Assembly: GCA_965222615.1 (NCBI GenBank)
Contig: CBDCUI010000008.1
Location: 128,001-192,000, forward strand
DNA length: 64,000 bases
Direction of reading: 5' to 3'
Source of the DNA: Gammaproteobacteria bacterium
GTDB taxonomy: Bacteria; Pseudomonadota; Gammaproteobacteria; UBA4575
The notes below the pieces were generated by a model. It ran no database searches and was not told where the DNA came from. It worked only from the letters and a program-made list of their open reading frames with translations. Positions 20,776 to 31,457 of the stretch are shown piece by piece. The translations under genes were made by a program, and so were the position numbers. Within the stretch, counting starts at the first letter, position 1. Every line of letters starts with the position of its first letter.

Positions 20776-21255
20776 ATGACGGCGGGAGCAATGATGCATA
20801 CCAATAAGCTGTTAATAACAATGATTTTTATAGCTCTTGTTTCGCCTTGTATGGCTGATGAAATAGAACTGCATCTAACCTCATATCATTATAGTCGTAG
20901 TCAAGATCTCAACGAATCTAATTTTGGAACAGGTTACAACTACAAGTTAAGCCCAAAAACTTATGCTATTGCTGGTGCATTTAACAATTCGTATGACAAA
21001 CTGTCAGTGTATGTTGGTACAAAATGGCTACCGATTCAAAAAAAATTTTTTAAAGCAGGATTTGTAACAGGCCTAGTGACGGGCTACGAAGATGATACCG
21101 ATGCAAATGAAGTACAGCCGATGCTCATCCCTGAAGTACAATTTAATTATAAGCGATACTATATTGTGTCTAGAATCATTCCAGACTTTGGCGACAATTC
21201 ATCTACGGCAGTAACATTTTCTGTCGGGTTTGTTTTGTACAATGAAATACAATAG
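20776..21255 (+). CDS. Small outer-membrane beta-barrel protein (PagP/PagL-like size)
   Basis: Signal peptide, SYH...NE.N.G.G, F.NSY, G.VTGY, amphipathic strands. Confidence 0.6.
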   Translation: MTAGAMMHTNKLLITMIFIALVSPCMADEIELHLTSYHYSRSQDLNESNFGTGYNYKLSPKTYAIAGAFNNSYDKLSVYVGTKWLPIQKKFFKAGFVTGLVTGYEDDTDANEVQPMLIPEVQFNYKRYYIVSRIIPDFGDNSSTAVTFSVGFVLYNEIQ

Positions 21256-21257
21256 AG

Positions 21258-22898
21258 TCAATGAAACGACTGATGGAACATAGGTCCAAATTTAAGCTGT
21301 GTCTCTTTCCAGTCTAAAGCCGGATCAAAACTGTCAGGTGTCGCCATTTTCCAAAATTCTCGATAACCTGGTTGATCGGTACCTTCCAACAGTTCACCAG
21401 GTTGCAAAAAATTATAAATACGATCCGCAGTTCGAATAGTTGTGGGACTTAAGCGGTAGCAAATATTTCTAGGGCATAATTCAGTTGGGTGATAGAGGCC
21501 TGCCGAGGCAACCATTTCACCCAGTGCCCATACCGTATGGTGATGAAAGTTAACGACTCGTTTAGCCTTCTCATCCACAACGATACCGCGCTGACGTTTG
21601 GGATCTTGCGTAGCAATTCCGGTAGGACAATGATCCGTGTGGCATCTCTGCGATTGCACACAACCTAACGCAAACATAAATCCACGTGCTGAATTGCACC
21701 AGTCTGCACCTAAAGCCATATTAATGGCCATGCCAAAGCCCGTAATAATTTGACCGCTAGCACCGATCTTAACTCTCTCGCGAAGATTAACTCCGACCAA
21801 TGCATTGTGCGTGAATAACAATCCTTCACGAAGAGGGGTGCCGACATGATCAGAAAATTCTAAAGGTGCCGCACCGGTGCCCCCTTCTGCACCATCCACA
21901 ACAATAAAGTCCGGATAAATGTTTGTTTCTAACATCGCTTTACAAATGGCTAGAAACTCAAAGCGTTCACCGATACAGAGTTTAAATCCAGTTGGTTTGC
22001 CACCGGATAGCTCGCGTAGTTTTGTAATGAACTCCAGTAACTCGATAGGCGTGGTGAATGCAGAATGAAAGGGTGGTGAGATGCAGTCTTGATATGTCGG
22101 AACTTTGCGAGTGGCAGCGATTTCGGGCGTTACTTTTTCGCCTGGTAGCATGCCACCTTTACCGGGTTTGGCGCCCTGAGAAAGTTTTATTTCAATCATT
22201 TTGACTTGCTCGAGGACGGCTTGCTCAGCAAAAAGTGATTCATCAAATTGGCCATCATCCGTACAACAACCAAAATAACCTGTGCCGATTTCCCAAATTA
22301 AATCACCACCATGTTTTTTATGATATTCACTGATACCCCCTTCGCCGGTGTCATGTGCAAATTTTCCAAGATATGCGCCTTTATTCAGGGCTTCGATAGC
22401 GTTAGCACCGATTGAGCCAAAACTCATCGCAGAAATATTAAACACAGATGACGAGTAGGGTTGGCTGCACTGTTCGTTACCGATAAGTACTCGATATAGT
22501 TCTTTATCATAAAGTTTAGCCGTGATGGAATGGTTGACCCAACGATAATCATCTGAATAGGCATCAATCTCAGTGCCAAAGGGTTTTATCCCACCTTCTT
22601 GTTTAGCACGCTCATACACTACAGTACGGTCATCGCGGTTAAATGGACGGCCATCGGTATTACTTTCGACTAAATATTGATGAATTTGAGGGCGAATTTT
22701 TTCGAATAACCAACGAAAATGCCCAATAATAGGGTAGTTACGTAACAGATTATGTTTTTGTTGTAGAAGATCTCGAATACCTAGTAAGACTAACGGCAAA
22801 ATGATTAGCAAGCCAAAACCAAACTTAGAGTTAATCGCGATTAACGCAAAATTAACAATTGTTGCAATTATTACAAATATAAAAAAAGCGTAATGCAT
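21258..22898 (-). CDS. FMN-binding glutamate synthase family protein with N-terminal TM helices
   Basis: SAMSFG, DTGEGG, EIKLSQGAKPG.GG, DGAEGGTGAAP, CVQSQRCHTDHCPTG. Confidence 0.92.
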   Translation of the reverse strand: MHYAFFIFVIIATIVNFALIAINSKFGFGLLIILPLVLLGIRDLLQQKHNLLRNYPIIGHFRWLFEKIRPQIHQYLVESNTDGRPFNRDDRTVVYERAKQEGGIKPFGTEIDAYSDDYRWVNHSITAKLYDKELYRVLIGNEQCSQPYSSSVFNISAMSFGSIGANAIEALNKGAYLGKFAHDTGEGGISEYHKKHGGDLIWEIGTGYFGCCTDDGQFDESLFAEQAVLEQVKMIEIKLSQGAKPGKGGMLPGEKVTPEIAATRKVPTYQDCISPPFHSAFTTPIELLEFITKLRELSGGKPTGFKLCIGERFEFLAICKAMLETNIYPDFIVVDGAEGGTGAAPLEFSDHVGTPLREGLLFTHNALVGVNLRERVKIGASGQIITGFGMAINMALGADWCNSARGFMFALGCVQSQRCHTDHCPTGIATQDPKRQRGIVVDEKAKRVVNFHHHTVWALGEMVASAGLYHPTELCPRNICYRLSPTTIRTADRIYNFLQPGELLEGTDQPGYREFWKMATPDSFDPALDWKETQLKFGPMFHQSFH

Positions 22899-22969
22899 GC
22901 AAAAATAACAAACCGTACAAGAATTTACTTCTTATACTACTCTATATGTTATTCCAAAGTTATGTGCTT

Positions 22970-24484
22970 TTATTGAATGGTGCTATCACGCACTAATGCT
23001 TGAGCTTGTTCTATCCATTTATCGCGATCAATGCGTCCCTTGAAATTCAGCATATCATTTACGGCTGCTACATCTTGGCGTGTAAATCCAGCAATTTGCT
23101 CAAAATAATAAATGCCACAATTATTTAACATCCTCTCAAGAGACTCACCCACACCAGAAATGAGTTTCAAATCATCCGGCTTACGTGTTGGTTTTTCTAA
23201 GCCATAGGCTTGCATCTTACCATCCGTAGGTTCAGTTTTTATTAATGGTTTTTCCGAAGTTTCACGTATCGGCATTGCGACTACCTTCTTAGCGTCGTGC
23301 AAAAGTTCCTCAAGTTCATGAATCCGAGTATTTTGTGCGGTAAGGCTGTCACGCAGTGGGGTAATTTGGTGTTTGGCTTTATTCAGCACTTGCTCAAGTG
23401 AGGTAACATTATTATCACGTTGTTTTAAAGTAGCTTCTAAAGATTCAATTCGTTTTTGCTGTGCACTGATGCTGTCTTTAAGTGAAGTTATTTTGCTGTC
23501 TCGTAAACGAATGTTATTTTCTAATGAGGGGATAGAGTTATTGGCTTCTTCAAGCTTACCTTGTAAATTTTGCATCAGAGAGTGTGCTTCTTTAATCTCT
23601 GCCTGAAGAGACGGAATACGCTGACGTTCTTGCTCTAATATTTGATTAAGGTCAATATTTTGTTTTTCACGATTCTCAAGCTCAGAATTTAGTTCACTTA
23701 ATTGCTCGTCCTGAGTCTGAATCTCATTTTCTAAGGCTGCAACACGACCTTTTTCATTCTCAATTTGCTGTTGTAATGTTATTTCTACTTGTGCAAGTTT
23801 TTTAATATGTTCCTCGAGCTGGCTAATTTTGTTGTTAGAGCTGGTTAAGTCATTTTGGATCGTTTTTAATTCGGCACCTCGGCAGTCAAAGTCTTTTTGC
23901 AAAGTAATAAAAGATGAAACTTGAGCTTCATATTCTTTATTACGAGTAGCAAACATTCTACGCTGGTTTTCAATCTCTTTGTTAAGCTGGCGATTTTTTT
24001 GGTCAGCTTGTTCAAATTGTGTTTCTAGTTCCTTTTGTTCAGATATTTCTACACGTAGTGCATTAATTTCCTGATTGCGTTCTTCAAGATCTTTATTTAA
24101 TGAAGCATTAATTTTTGTAATGTCTTCAAGCTGTATTTTCAATTCATCTGCATTAAAAGTTTCTTCCAGTAATACCTCAATTTCATCTCTATGCTTTTGT
24201 AACTTGACGTTAAGCAAATTATTTCGTTCGGTGGCTTTGCCTAAGAAAAACTTCAATTCATCAATTTCTAAGAGCTCGCCCTTAAGTTGTTCGATTAGCT
24301 TAGCTTGTTCATTTGAAAAGTTAACGGCAGCAGCAAGCTTGGCTTGTAATTCGTCACTTACGTTACTAGCTTCATCAAAATCAGACCGCAACGCATCTAG
24401 CTCAAGTTTAGGGATTTTCAATTCCTGTTCACTTTCCGTAGTGTCAACTTGTGTATCAGTGGGTGGGTGATCAAGAGTGGACAT
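22970..24484 (-). CDS. Soluble coiled-coil protein with one C-terminal HhH-like module; paralog of 10160-12073
   Basis: Shared segments such as LGK.TERNNLLN, LE.AN...PSLE..IR..D..I.SL and a near-identical KP.RKPDDLKLISGVG...CGIYYFEQIAGFTR.DVAAV..ML.FKGRIDRDKWIEQA module. Confidence 0.75.
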   Translation of the reverse strand: MSTLDHPPTDTQVDTTESEQELKIPKLELDALRSDFDEASNVSDELQAKLAAAVNFSNEQAKLIEQLKGELLEIDELKFFLGKATERNNLLNVKLQKHRDEIEVLLEETFNADELKIQLEDITKINASLNKDLEERNQEINALRVEISEQKELETQFEQADQKNRQLNKEIENQRRMFATRNKEYEAQVSSFITLQKDFDCRGAELKTIQNDLTSSNNKISQLEEHIKKLAQVEITLQQQIENEKGRVAALENEIQTQDEQLSELNSELENREKQNIDLNQILEQERQRIPSLQAEIKEAHSLMQNLQGKLEEANNSIPSLENNIRLRDSKITSLKDSISAQQKRIESLEATLKQRDNNVTSLEQVLNKAKHQITPLRDSLTAQNTRIHELEELLHDAKKVVAMPIRETSEKPLIKTEPTDGKMQAYGLEKPTRKPDDLKLISGVGESLERMLNNCGIYYFEQIAGFTRQDVAAVNDMLNFKGRIDRDKWIEQAQALVRDSTIQ

Positions 24485-24680
24485 GAATATTTTCTCCCTT
24501 AGAATAATATCGATGAGGCTTGTTTCATGAGTATTACCGCTTTATGACTTAGAGCATAGACAGCCACTATTCTGTCACAGCGCGAATTGTAGTATATCTA
24601 GCGGTAAGTTTTAACCAATTTACCCAGCTTAGATCCATAATGATCAATAAACGAGGTCTTTATACATATATTCCCGTTTT

Positions 24681-25343
24681 TTAACCAATTTCAATCAAAT
24701 GATCAGGTAGTTCGTTTTTGTCTTTCTCAGGCACTGAGGGAAAATGTTGGCGTAACAATGTTCCGGCCTGCTCAATAGCAGAAAGGTAACCTTGTTTGAT
24801 CGCGCCCTTTTTTACATAACTTATAAAGTTGTCAATGAGAGACTGCCAGGTATTTTTTTCAACCGCGTCATTAATATTTTTATCGGCTAAAATTTCTACA
24901 TAATGCTCAGCAACCGATACGAACAATAAAATGCCAGTGCGTTCATCTTTTGTATGTAAGCCCTGTACATAAAACTGTTCGTGTGCAAGGCGCCGTGCAC
25001 GGGCATGTCGAATAGTTTTAGGGATTAACTTCATTTTTAACCAAGGCCAGCGAAACAATAAGGCAAAAAAGCAAAAAACGATGACTTGTATTTGGTAAAT
25101 ACTTAAGTGCAACTGTTTGCTCAGATAGATTAGTGGAAAATCATTCAAGAAATGAAATTGATAATGTAAAAGGTGCAATATATAAGGAGTAATCAAGGCC
25201 AGTAAGGCCGCCCAAAGAGTTGGGATGTAATAATAATTATCACTTGCGTGAGTAATCACTGTAACAAGTTCACCCGTGGTATGTATTTCTTGCTCACGGA
25301 TGGCTTCGCGTATTTCTTGTCTGTCGGCTTCACTTAGATGCAT
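24681..25343 (-). CDS. TPM domain membrane protein
   Basis: E..TTGELV.VI, TGILLFVSVAEHYVEILADK.I, NELPD; true start is MHLSEAD at 25343. Confidence 0.88.
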   Translation of the reverse strand: MHLSEADRQEIREAIREQEIHTTGELVTVITHASDNYYYIPTLWAALLALITPYILHLLHYQFHFLNDFPLIYLSKQLHLSIYQIQVIVFCFFALLFRWPWLKMKLIPKTIRHARARRLAHEQFYVQGLHTKDERTGILLFVSVAEHYVEILADKNINDAVEKNTWQSLIDNFISYVKKGAIKQGYLSAIEQAGTLLRQHFPSVPEKDKNELPDHLIEIG

Positions 25344-25347
25344 TGCG

Positions 25348-26238
25348 TTACCATCCTCCTGAAGCGCCACCGCCACCAAAGGAACCACCACCACCGCCAA
25401 AGCCACCGCCGCCAAAACCTCCGCCACCGAAACCACCAGGGAAATACACACCTCCGTTGCCACTGCCGAGACCTCCGCCACCGCCACCGCGGCTGAACAT
25501 GCTAATCAAAAACATCACCGCGAAAACGCCTAGGCTAATCATAATAGAAGTGGTAATCGCCCACGCTAATAATCCAAAAAATCCGCTAATCGATAAGCTC
25601 CTAAATAAATTGCCTCGAGTCCGTGAAGAAAATAGCTCACCAATAAAAATTAGCGGAATAAAGAGAGGAAACAGTGTGAAGATAGAACTACCGCCACCGG
25701 ATTTCTTGCGCGATTTTCTAAAAGTGTTGTACTCATTGGGCTCTTGTTGTAATGCTAATAGCATGGCTTCGATGCCGCGTTTAGCGCCGGTATCAAAGTC
25801 TTTAATTTTAAGCCATGGGACAATATCATTATTAATGATATAGCTGCTTAACGCATCGGTAAGCGTACCTTCAAGTCCATAACCTACTTCGATCCGTACC
25901 TTGCGTTCATTCGGGGCAATAATCAGCAAGGCGCCGTTATCGTGTTCCGCCTGTCCAATGCCCCAATGCCTGCCTAGCTGATAACCATAATCATCAATGG
26001 CATATCCATCTAAAGACTTCAGCGTAACCACCACAATCTGGTTACTGGTTTCTGTCTCATGCGCTTTGAGCAAAGCTTTGAGCTCAACTTCGGTAGTTGC
26101 AGACAAAATATTGGCTTGATCTACTACCCTGTCGGTTAAGACAGGAAACTGCGGTGCTGCTAAAACATCAGCGACAAACAGGCTGGCAAGGAGCAACCCT
26201 GTAACAGGCCAAGAAGGTGCTCGCAAAAATTGCGACAT
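25348..26238 (-). CDS. TPM domain protein (YgcG family) with Gly-rich tail
   Basis: VVDQANIL, WGIGQ...DNGALLIIA..ERKVRIEVGYGLEG.LTD, GGGGSFGGGGASGGW. Confidence 0.92.
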   Translation of the reverse strand: MSQFLRAPSWPVTGLLLASLFVADVLAAPQFPVLTDRVVDQANILSATTEVELKALLKAHETETSNQIVVVTLKSLDGYAIDDYGYQLGRHWGIGQAEHDNGALLIIAPNERKVRIEVGYGLEGTLTDALSSYIINNDIVPWLKIKDFDTGAKRGIEAMLLALQQEPNEYNTFRKSRKKSGGGSSIFTLFPLFIPLIFIGELFSSRTRGNLFRSLSISGFFGLLAWAITTSIMISLGVFAVMFLISMFSRGGGGGGLGSGNGGVYFPGGFGGGGFGGGGFGGGGGSFGGGGASGGW

Positions 26239-26256
26239 GTAAATTAAACTTGAAAC

Positions 26257-26877
26257 TTAGTTGCTCTCCAGCTCAACTTTCGGTGCGGTAGAGAAATCTA
26301 CTTCAGGAGTTTCTTGTACCGATTCCGGTGCAGTGAAGTTCTCTTTGGGCTCGGAGTCAGAATACAATAAAGCTCGCCACCATCTACCCGGAATGGTACG
26401 CAACTCGGTGTTGTAACGTTGTACGGATTGAATATAGTCACGTCTGGCTACAGCAATTCTATTTTCTGCGCCTTCAAGTTGAGACTGTAAGGTTAAAAAG
26501 TTCTGATTAGATTTGAGATCGGGATAACGTTCCACTACGACCATCAAGCGTGATAAAGCCGAACTCAGTGCATCTTGATTGGCTTGAAACTGCTTAAAGG
26601 CTTCTGGGTTGGATAATATATCTTTAGGTAATTGTGTTTGGGTGGCTTTAGCACGTGCCTCAATCACGGAAGTTAAAACATCTTTTTCTTGTGCGGCAAA
26701 GCCTTTTACGGTTTCAACTAAATTCGGGATTAAATCCGCGCGACGTTTGTATTGGTTTAATACTTCACTCCATGCTGCATCAGCGGCTTCGTCAAAAGTA
26801 GGTATATTGTTTATTCCACAGCTGGCAAGCAAAAAACAAAAAATGGCAGCTATAGAGGTACGGTATGCTCGACGCAT
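26257..26877 (-). CDS. lemA: LemA family lipoprotein
   Basis: Lipobox LASC, QYKRRADLIPNLVETVKG, YPDLKSNQNF..LQ.QLEG.ENRI. Confidence 0.95.
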   Translation of the reverse strand: MRRAYRTSIAAIFCFLLASCGINNIPTFDEAADAAWSEVLNQYKRRADLIPNLVETVKGFAAQEKDVLTSVIEARAKATQTQLPKDILSNPEAFKQFQANQDALSSALSRLMVVVERYPDLKSNQNFLTLQSQLEGAENRIAVARRDYIQSVQRYNTELRTIPGRWWRALLYSDSEPKENFTAPESVQETPEVDFSTAPKVELESN

Positions 26878-27110
26878 GATTCGACTCCTGTGTATATATA
26901 ATTTTTATTGAAACTATAGACTATTCATAACACCAATCAAAGTTTGAAAACATCCAAAATCAAGCACTTAGCTATTAATTGCCTTATATGTAACAAAGCT
27001 AATCGAACAAAAAATATACAGCCGTGGAGTTCATTAAAACTAATCAAATTACCTCATTCTCTGATCTAGGCATGGGTTTTCGAGTATGAATTTCGAACTT
27101 TAAAAAGGCT

Positions 27111-28079
27111 ATGATTTTTGATGTGAAAGATAAAAAAATCTTAATTACAGGTGCTGCCGGTCAAATTGGCTCTGAATTAACCGAGTTGCTACGCAACCAA
27201 TACGGCAATGAGAATGTAGTTGCCGCCATCTATAGCAAATCGATGAGAGCTGCATCGATAGCCGAGCCTTTTTGTAAGCTTGATATTAGAGATCAAAATT
27301 CATTAGAAGAAGTTGTTAAACAATATCAAGCCGACACCATTTTTCATTTGGCTTCATTACTTTCAGCAAAAGCAGAAGAAAATCCGCAACTCGCGTGGGA
27401 AATAAATATAAATGGCTTAATCAATGTGTTGGAAGTCGCGCGTGAAAATAATTGTGCGGTATTTTTTCCAAGTTCAATCGGTGCATTTGGTCCGACAACA
27501 CCGCGAGATAACACTCCGCAAATCACTATTCAACGTCCTAATTCAATCTATGGAATCAGTAAACTAAGTGGTGAATTACTGTGTGATTATTACTACAAGC
27601 GCTATGCAGTAGATACTCGCGGCTTACGCTATCCAGGTATTATTTCTTATCAAGCCCTGCCGGGAGGCGGCACCACGGATTATGCGGTGCACATGTTTTA
27701 TGCCGCCTTACAAGATCAACGTTATGATTGCTATCTAAAACCTGACACCAAACTTGACATGATGTACATGCCCGATGCGCTGCATGCCGCAGTAAATCTC
27801 ATGCAAGCGGATAGCAAAAAACTACTACATCGCAATGCCTATAATGTAACGGCGATGAGTTTTACTCCGCAAGAACTTGCGCAGGCAATACAAACCCATA
27901 TCCCCGAATTTGAAATCAATTATAAAATTGACTCGATACGCCAAACCATTGCGGATTCGTGGCCCAACTATATGGATGACAGTGCTGCTCGCCAAGAATG
28001 GGGTTGGAGACCAAGCTATACACTCTCGACTATGGTGAAAGACATGCTGCTGCAACTGGCTAAAAAATTAGATCAATAG
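27111..28079 (+). CDS. tdh: L-threonine 3-dehydrogenase, SDR/epimerase type
   Basis: TGAAGQIG, PSSIGAFG, YGISK, PGGGTTDYAV, MMYMPD; directly upstream of kbl. Confidence 0.88.
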   Translation: MIFDVKDKKILITGAAGQIGSELTELLRNQYGNENVVAAIYSKSMRAASIAEPFCKLDIRDQNSLEEVVKQYQADTIFHLASLLSAKAEENPQLAWEININGLINVLEVARENNCAVFFPSSIGAFGPTTPRDNTPQITIQRPNSIYGISKLSGELLCDYYYKRYAVDTRGLRYPGIISYQALPGGGTTDYAVHMFYAALQDQRYDCYLKPDTKLDMMYMPDALHAAVNLMQADSKKLLHRNAYNVTAMSFTPQELAQAIQTHIPEFEINYKIDSIRQTIADSWPNYMDDSAARQEWGWRPSYTLSTMVKDMLLQLAKKLDQ

Positions 28080-28091
28080 ATGGAGTAATCC

Positions 28092-29309
28092 ATGGCACTT
28101 GAAAAAATAACACCAAAGCTAAGCCAGCATATCGAGCAATTAAAAAGCCAGGGAATCTCAAAAGGTCAAGAAAAAATAGTTATCGGTAAACAAGCCGCAA
28201 AAGCTGGCTATAGTGAACGTTATCTATTACAGGGCTACCCAGACCGTCCATTTTTAAGAATGAATTCCAATTCTTATTTGGGATTTGCGAATCATGCAAA
28301 AATCATCGCAGCCGAAAGTGAAGCGGCAGAACAATTTGGCACCGGGCCCGGCGCAGTACGCTTTATCAGTGGCACCTATCAAGCCCACATCGATTTAGAA
28401 ACCCGACTTGCAGAATTTCACAAACGCGAGGCCTGCATGATTATGAGTTCAGCCTATGCCACCGTAATAGGCGTGTTGCCACAGTTTATAGATAAAGACA
28501 CCTTGGTAATTAGTGATGCGCTCAATCATAACTGCATAATCAACGCCATACGTTTATCGGGCACGGGTAACAAGGCCATCTATCCGCATCTGGACCTGCA
28601 AGCATTAAATACCATTTTGGAAGCTAACCCAGGCAAAGCGAATCGTGCTTGTGTAATTACCGATGGCATTTTCAGTATGCGTGGAGATCATGCACCTTTA
28701 GATGAAATCAAAGCCATCTGCGCACGCCATGAACAATTCTATGCAGAAGGTGTAATTCTCATGGTGGATGATTCACATGGTGTAGGTGCGTTTGGAAATC
28801 ATGGACGCGGCACCGAAGAATACACTCAAGCTCAAGCCGATATCCTCATCGCCACGCTAGGCAAGGCCTTTGGCGTGAATGGCGGTTATATCGTATCGAA
28901 TAAAACCGTAATCGATTATTTAAAGGAAACCGCACCTTTATATATCTACTCCAACCCCATTACCCCAGCCGAGGCGGCCGCCACATTACAAGCGATAGAT
29001 GTTCTGGATAGTGCCGAAGGCGAAAAGTTACTCGCAAACCTACGCAGTCTCACTGCAAAGTTACGCGAGGGCTTAGTTAAACAAGGATTTGAAACCATCG
29101 CTAGCGAACACCCCATCGTGCCGATATTAATTCGCGATACGAAAAAAACTTCGGCTTTGGTGGAGCATCTATTTGAGAATAATATTTTGGCAACGGGTCT
29201 TAATTATCCGGTAGTGCCTAAAGGCGAAGAAGAAATCAGACTGCAAGTCGCGGCAAATCACACCGATAAAGACATCGATTACATATTAAATGTATTAAAG
29301 CAGTTTTAA
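28092..29309 (+). CDS. kbl: 2-amino-3-ketobutyrate CoA ligase (glycine C-acetyltransferase)
   Basis: NSYLG, GAVRFISGT, TDGIFSMRGD, DDSHG, TLGKAFG PLP lysine; operon with tdh. Confidence 0.88.
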   Translation: MALEKITPKLSQHIEQLKSQGISKGQEKIVIGKQAAKAGYSERYLLQGYPDRPFLRMNSNSYLGFANHAKIIAAESEAAEQFGTGPGAVRFISGTYQAHIDLETRLAEFHKREACMIMSSAYATVIGVLPQFIDKDTLVISDALNHNCIINAIRLSGTGNKAIYPHLDLQALNTILEANPGKANRACVITDGIFSMRGDHAPLDEIKAICARHEQFYAEGVILMVDDSHGVGAFGNHGRGTEEYTQAQADILIATLGKAFGVNGGYIVSNKTVIDYLKETAPLYIYSNPITPAEAAATLQAIDVLDSAEGEKLLANLRSLTAKLREGLVKQGFETIASEHPIVPILIRDTKKTSALVEHLFENNILATGLNYPVVPKGEEEIRLQVAANHTDKDIDYILNVLKQF

Positions 29310-29371
29310 GGTAACCAATAGATGCAATATAAAACCGTCTTTGTTCTTAATTATTCAAACTAAGTGCTGAT

Positions 29372-30304
29372 TTACAAAACCGGTGCAAAATTTACAACGG
29401 TAGTTTTACCTGCAACTACTGGCGCATTGGTTGGCATAACAAATTCAATCATGTCGTCCACTTCAGGATCTTCCTTTGAAGCTTGACAAGTATATGCAAC
29501 GGTATAGTCACCTTGCTCAATAAAACCAGCCGTGTATTTATACATGCCATCCATTGGATCCAATGTTACATTTGCCGTACTAATGGGATCAGGTTCTATA
29601 GCATCAATGTCATCGGGCATTACATCAAAGCCACTATAGACATACACAACATCATCTTGCGCTTCAGAATTCGTACAATCTGCATCCATCACCAAAGCAG
29701 GATCCACCGTACCGGATATAGAACCTACCATCTCGTTTTTAACCAGTCTTAAGGTTGGGCGCAGTCGATAGTCTGGGAAACCTTGAGGGTTGTTGACAGA
29801 TTTCGCTAAATCAAAGTCAATGGTGTAAAAAGTTGAGTTATCTTGCTCAACATCAAAAGGAGTATTGATTTTTAAACCCGACTGAGCACCACCAGGGACA
29901 TACAGGGAAAAACGGCTGTCGTCATTTAAAATGATATAAGAGTCTTGATCATTGCCGCGTTCTGCTAACACAGATAACCGTACCCATTGGTATCTCCCAG
30001 CAGTAACGGTTGCCTCATTGAGCAACGAATCAAATTCGTTACCTTGCAGTTGTAATAAGTCAATGGTTTTTACCTCATCGAACGTAAAGTTGGTACGTTC
30101 ACCATTGGCATGTTGAATCTCCATGCCATCAAATGACACCACTACATTTTTTGCATTAGCAACTGGTGAATCAGTTATGGCAAAACTTACTTGGCCGGTG
30201 CCAGGACCACTGCTGGACGAACTACCTCCGCCTCCACAGGCAATGAACGTAAAACAAGAAAGTAAAATAAAAAAGCTGCACGCCAGGGAAGTACAATTAC
30301 GCAT
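29372..30304 (-). CDS. DUF4382 domain lipoprotein
   Basis: Lipobox IAC-GGGGSSSS, ITDSP, IDLL.LQG, AG.Y.W.RL, TIDFDL.KS, Y.LRP.LR. Confidence 0.82.
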   Translation of the reverse strand: MRNCTSLACSFFILLSCFTFIACGGGGSSSSSGPGTGQVSFAITDSPVANAKNVVVSFDGMEIQHANGERTNFTFDEVKTIDLLQLQGNEFDSLLNEATVTAGRYQWVRLSVLAERGNDQDSYIILNDDSRFSLYVPGGAQSGLKINTPFDVEQDNSTFYTIDFDLAKSVNNPQGFPDYRLRPTLRLVKNEMVGSISGTVDPALVMDADCTNSEAQDDVVYVYSGFDVMPDDIDAIEPDPISTANVTLDPMDGMYKYTAGFIEQGDYTVAYTCQASKEDPEVDDMIEFVMPTNAPVVAGKTTVVNFAPVL

Positions 30305-30494
30305 TTTTCCAACTCCAAAAATATAGTATTGACCAAGTCAAACCCAACAAATTTAAATGTTATTTAGTTGTTTTTATGATTTAGCAGGCAAAAGGATAGG
30401 TACTAAGAGTTCATATAATCTCGGTTCTGGAGAAATGGTATAAATAAGGCGATTAGCGGGTATTTCTAATCACCTATTAATAGTGCTGATGAAT

Positions 30495-31457
30495 CTACTG
30501 AAATTGAATTTGTGACCAAGTAGAGTTGATTACAGTATTTGTAATTGAATCACCATCCGTATCTACATCAATCGTGACTAATTGATCGGGCATAATCGAA
30601 ACCTCGGCATTTGAGTGTTTGCCTGAGATACTAATCCTGCCATTTTCTGGTGAGTGCAGATCGACAAAATATTCATCCAAGCTTAACAGCTCCATTCCAG
30701 AGATTGAATTTGCTTCAGTGTTTGCATGTATTGTTCCATTTTGGGTGTCACTGAGAATTTTTAATGAATTTACGCTTAATGTGTAACTCGATGGCATAAC
30801 CGCTAGATTGATAGATTGAGAAATATCGATATCAGAGAGGACGTTTTCAGATCCGTTGTCTATCGATAGCGAGTCACTGTTGATAGCAGCCTTCAATTCA
30901 GCCGATGTTGCATCAAACTCAATGGTAATTATCATGTCACTATCGACAGTAAATGCCTCACTTCCTGTATTAAGTTTTAGAGAGTCGGCTTTAACGTTAA
31001 TTGAGTATAGCCAGTCAGTCCCGCTATCAAATCTTCCGATATCAATTCCCTTGGTATCCAGCAAAGATATTGTTAAATCACCGTTAACAATTACATTATC
31101 TACAGAGCAATTGATATAACTAAGTAATAAATTGTTTTTAATCGAAATCTTATTAGCATTATTTGTATTGATTGAAACCATGCCACCAACATTCGCGCAA
31201 GTATAGCGAGATGGAGTAAGTGCATTAAAGCTATCGATATATTTCGATGATTGACTTGCAACATCAGCAATCAAGAGAGTTTGTGTTAAAGATTCTACAG
31301 TCTCAATACTTGTGGTTTCTGCATTGCTAACAACAATGACTACTTCATCATCGTCGTCGTCATCATCACTACTAAAACTGCTACTAAAAGAACACCGACT
31401 ACCCGTAAGCAGTGACAAGACTAAGCATGCAAAGATAAAGATCTTAATCGTTTCCAT
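30495..31457 (-). CDS. Acidic hypothetical exported protein, probably a lipoprotein
   Basis: Hydrophobic N-terminus ending LLTGSRC, Ser/Asp linker, C..GG...Y.NC..DNV..NG pattern. Confidence 0.6.
   Translation of the reverse strand: METIKIFIFACLVLSLLTGSRCSFSSSFSSDDDDDDDEVVIVVSNAETTSIETVESLTQTLLIADVASQSSKYIDSFNALTPSRYTCANVGGMVSINTNNANKISIKNNLLLSYINCSVDNVIVNGDLTISLLDTKGIDIGRFDSGTDWLYSINVKADSLKLNTGSEAFTVDSDMIITIEFDATSAELKAAINSDSLSIDNGSENVLSDIDISQSINLAVMPSSYTLSVNSLKILSDTQNGTIHANTEANSISGMELLSLDEYFVDLHSPENGRISISGKHSNAEVSIMPDQLVTIDVDTDGDSITNTVINSTWSQIQFQ

Noticed and set aside
25344-25487. Ala/Val-rich N-terminal extension of ORF 24681-25487
   Set aside because: Alternative-frame reading of the upstream gene's GGC/GGT tail; the true start is 25343.
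25343-25843. Proline-rich 166-aa ORF on the plus strand
   Set aside because: Antisense shadow of the Gly-rich tail of the TPM gene.
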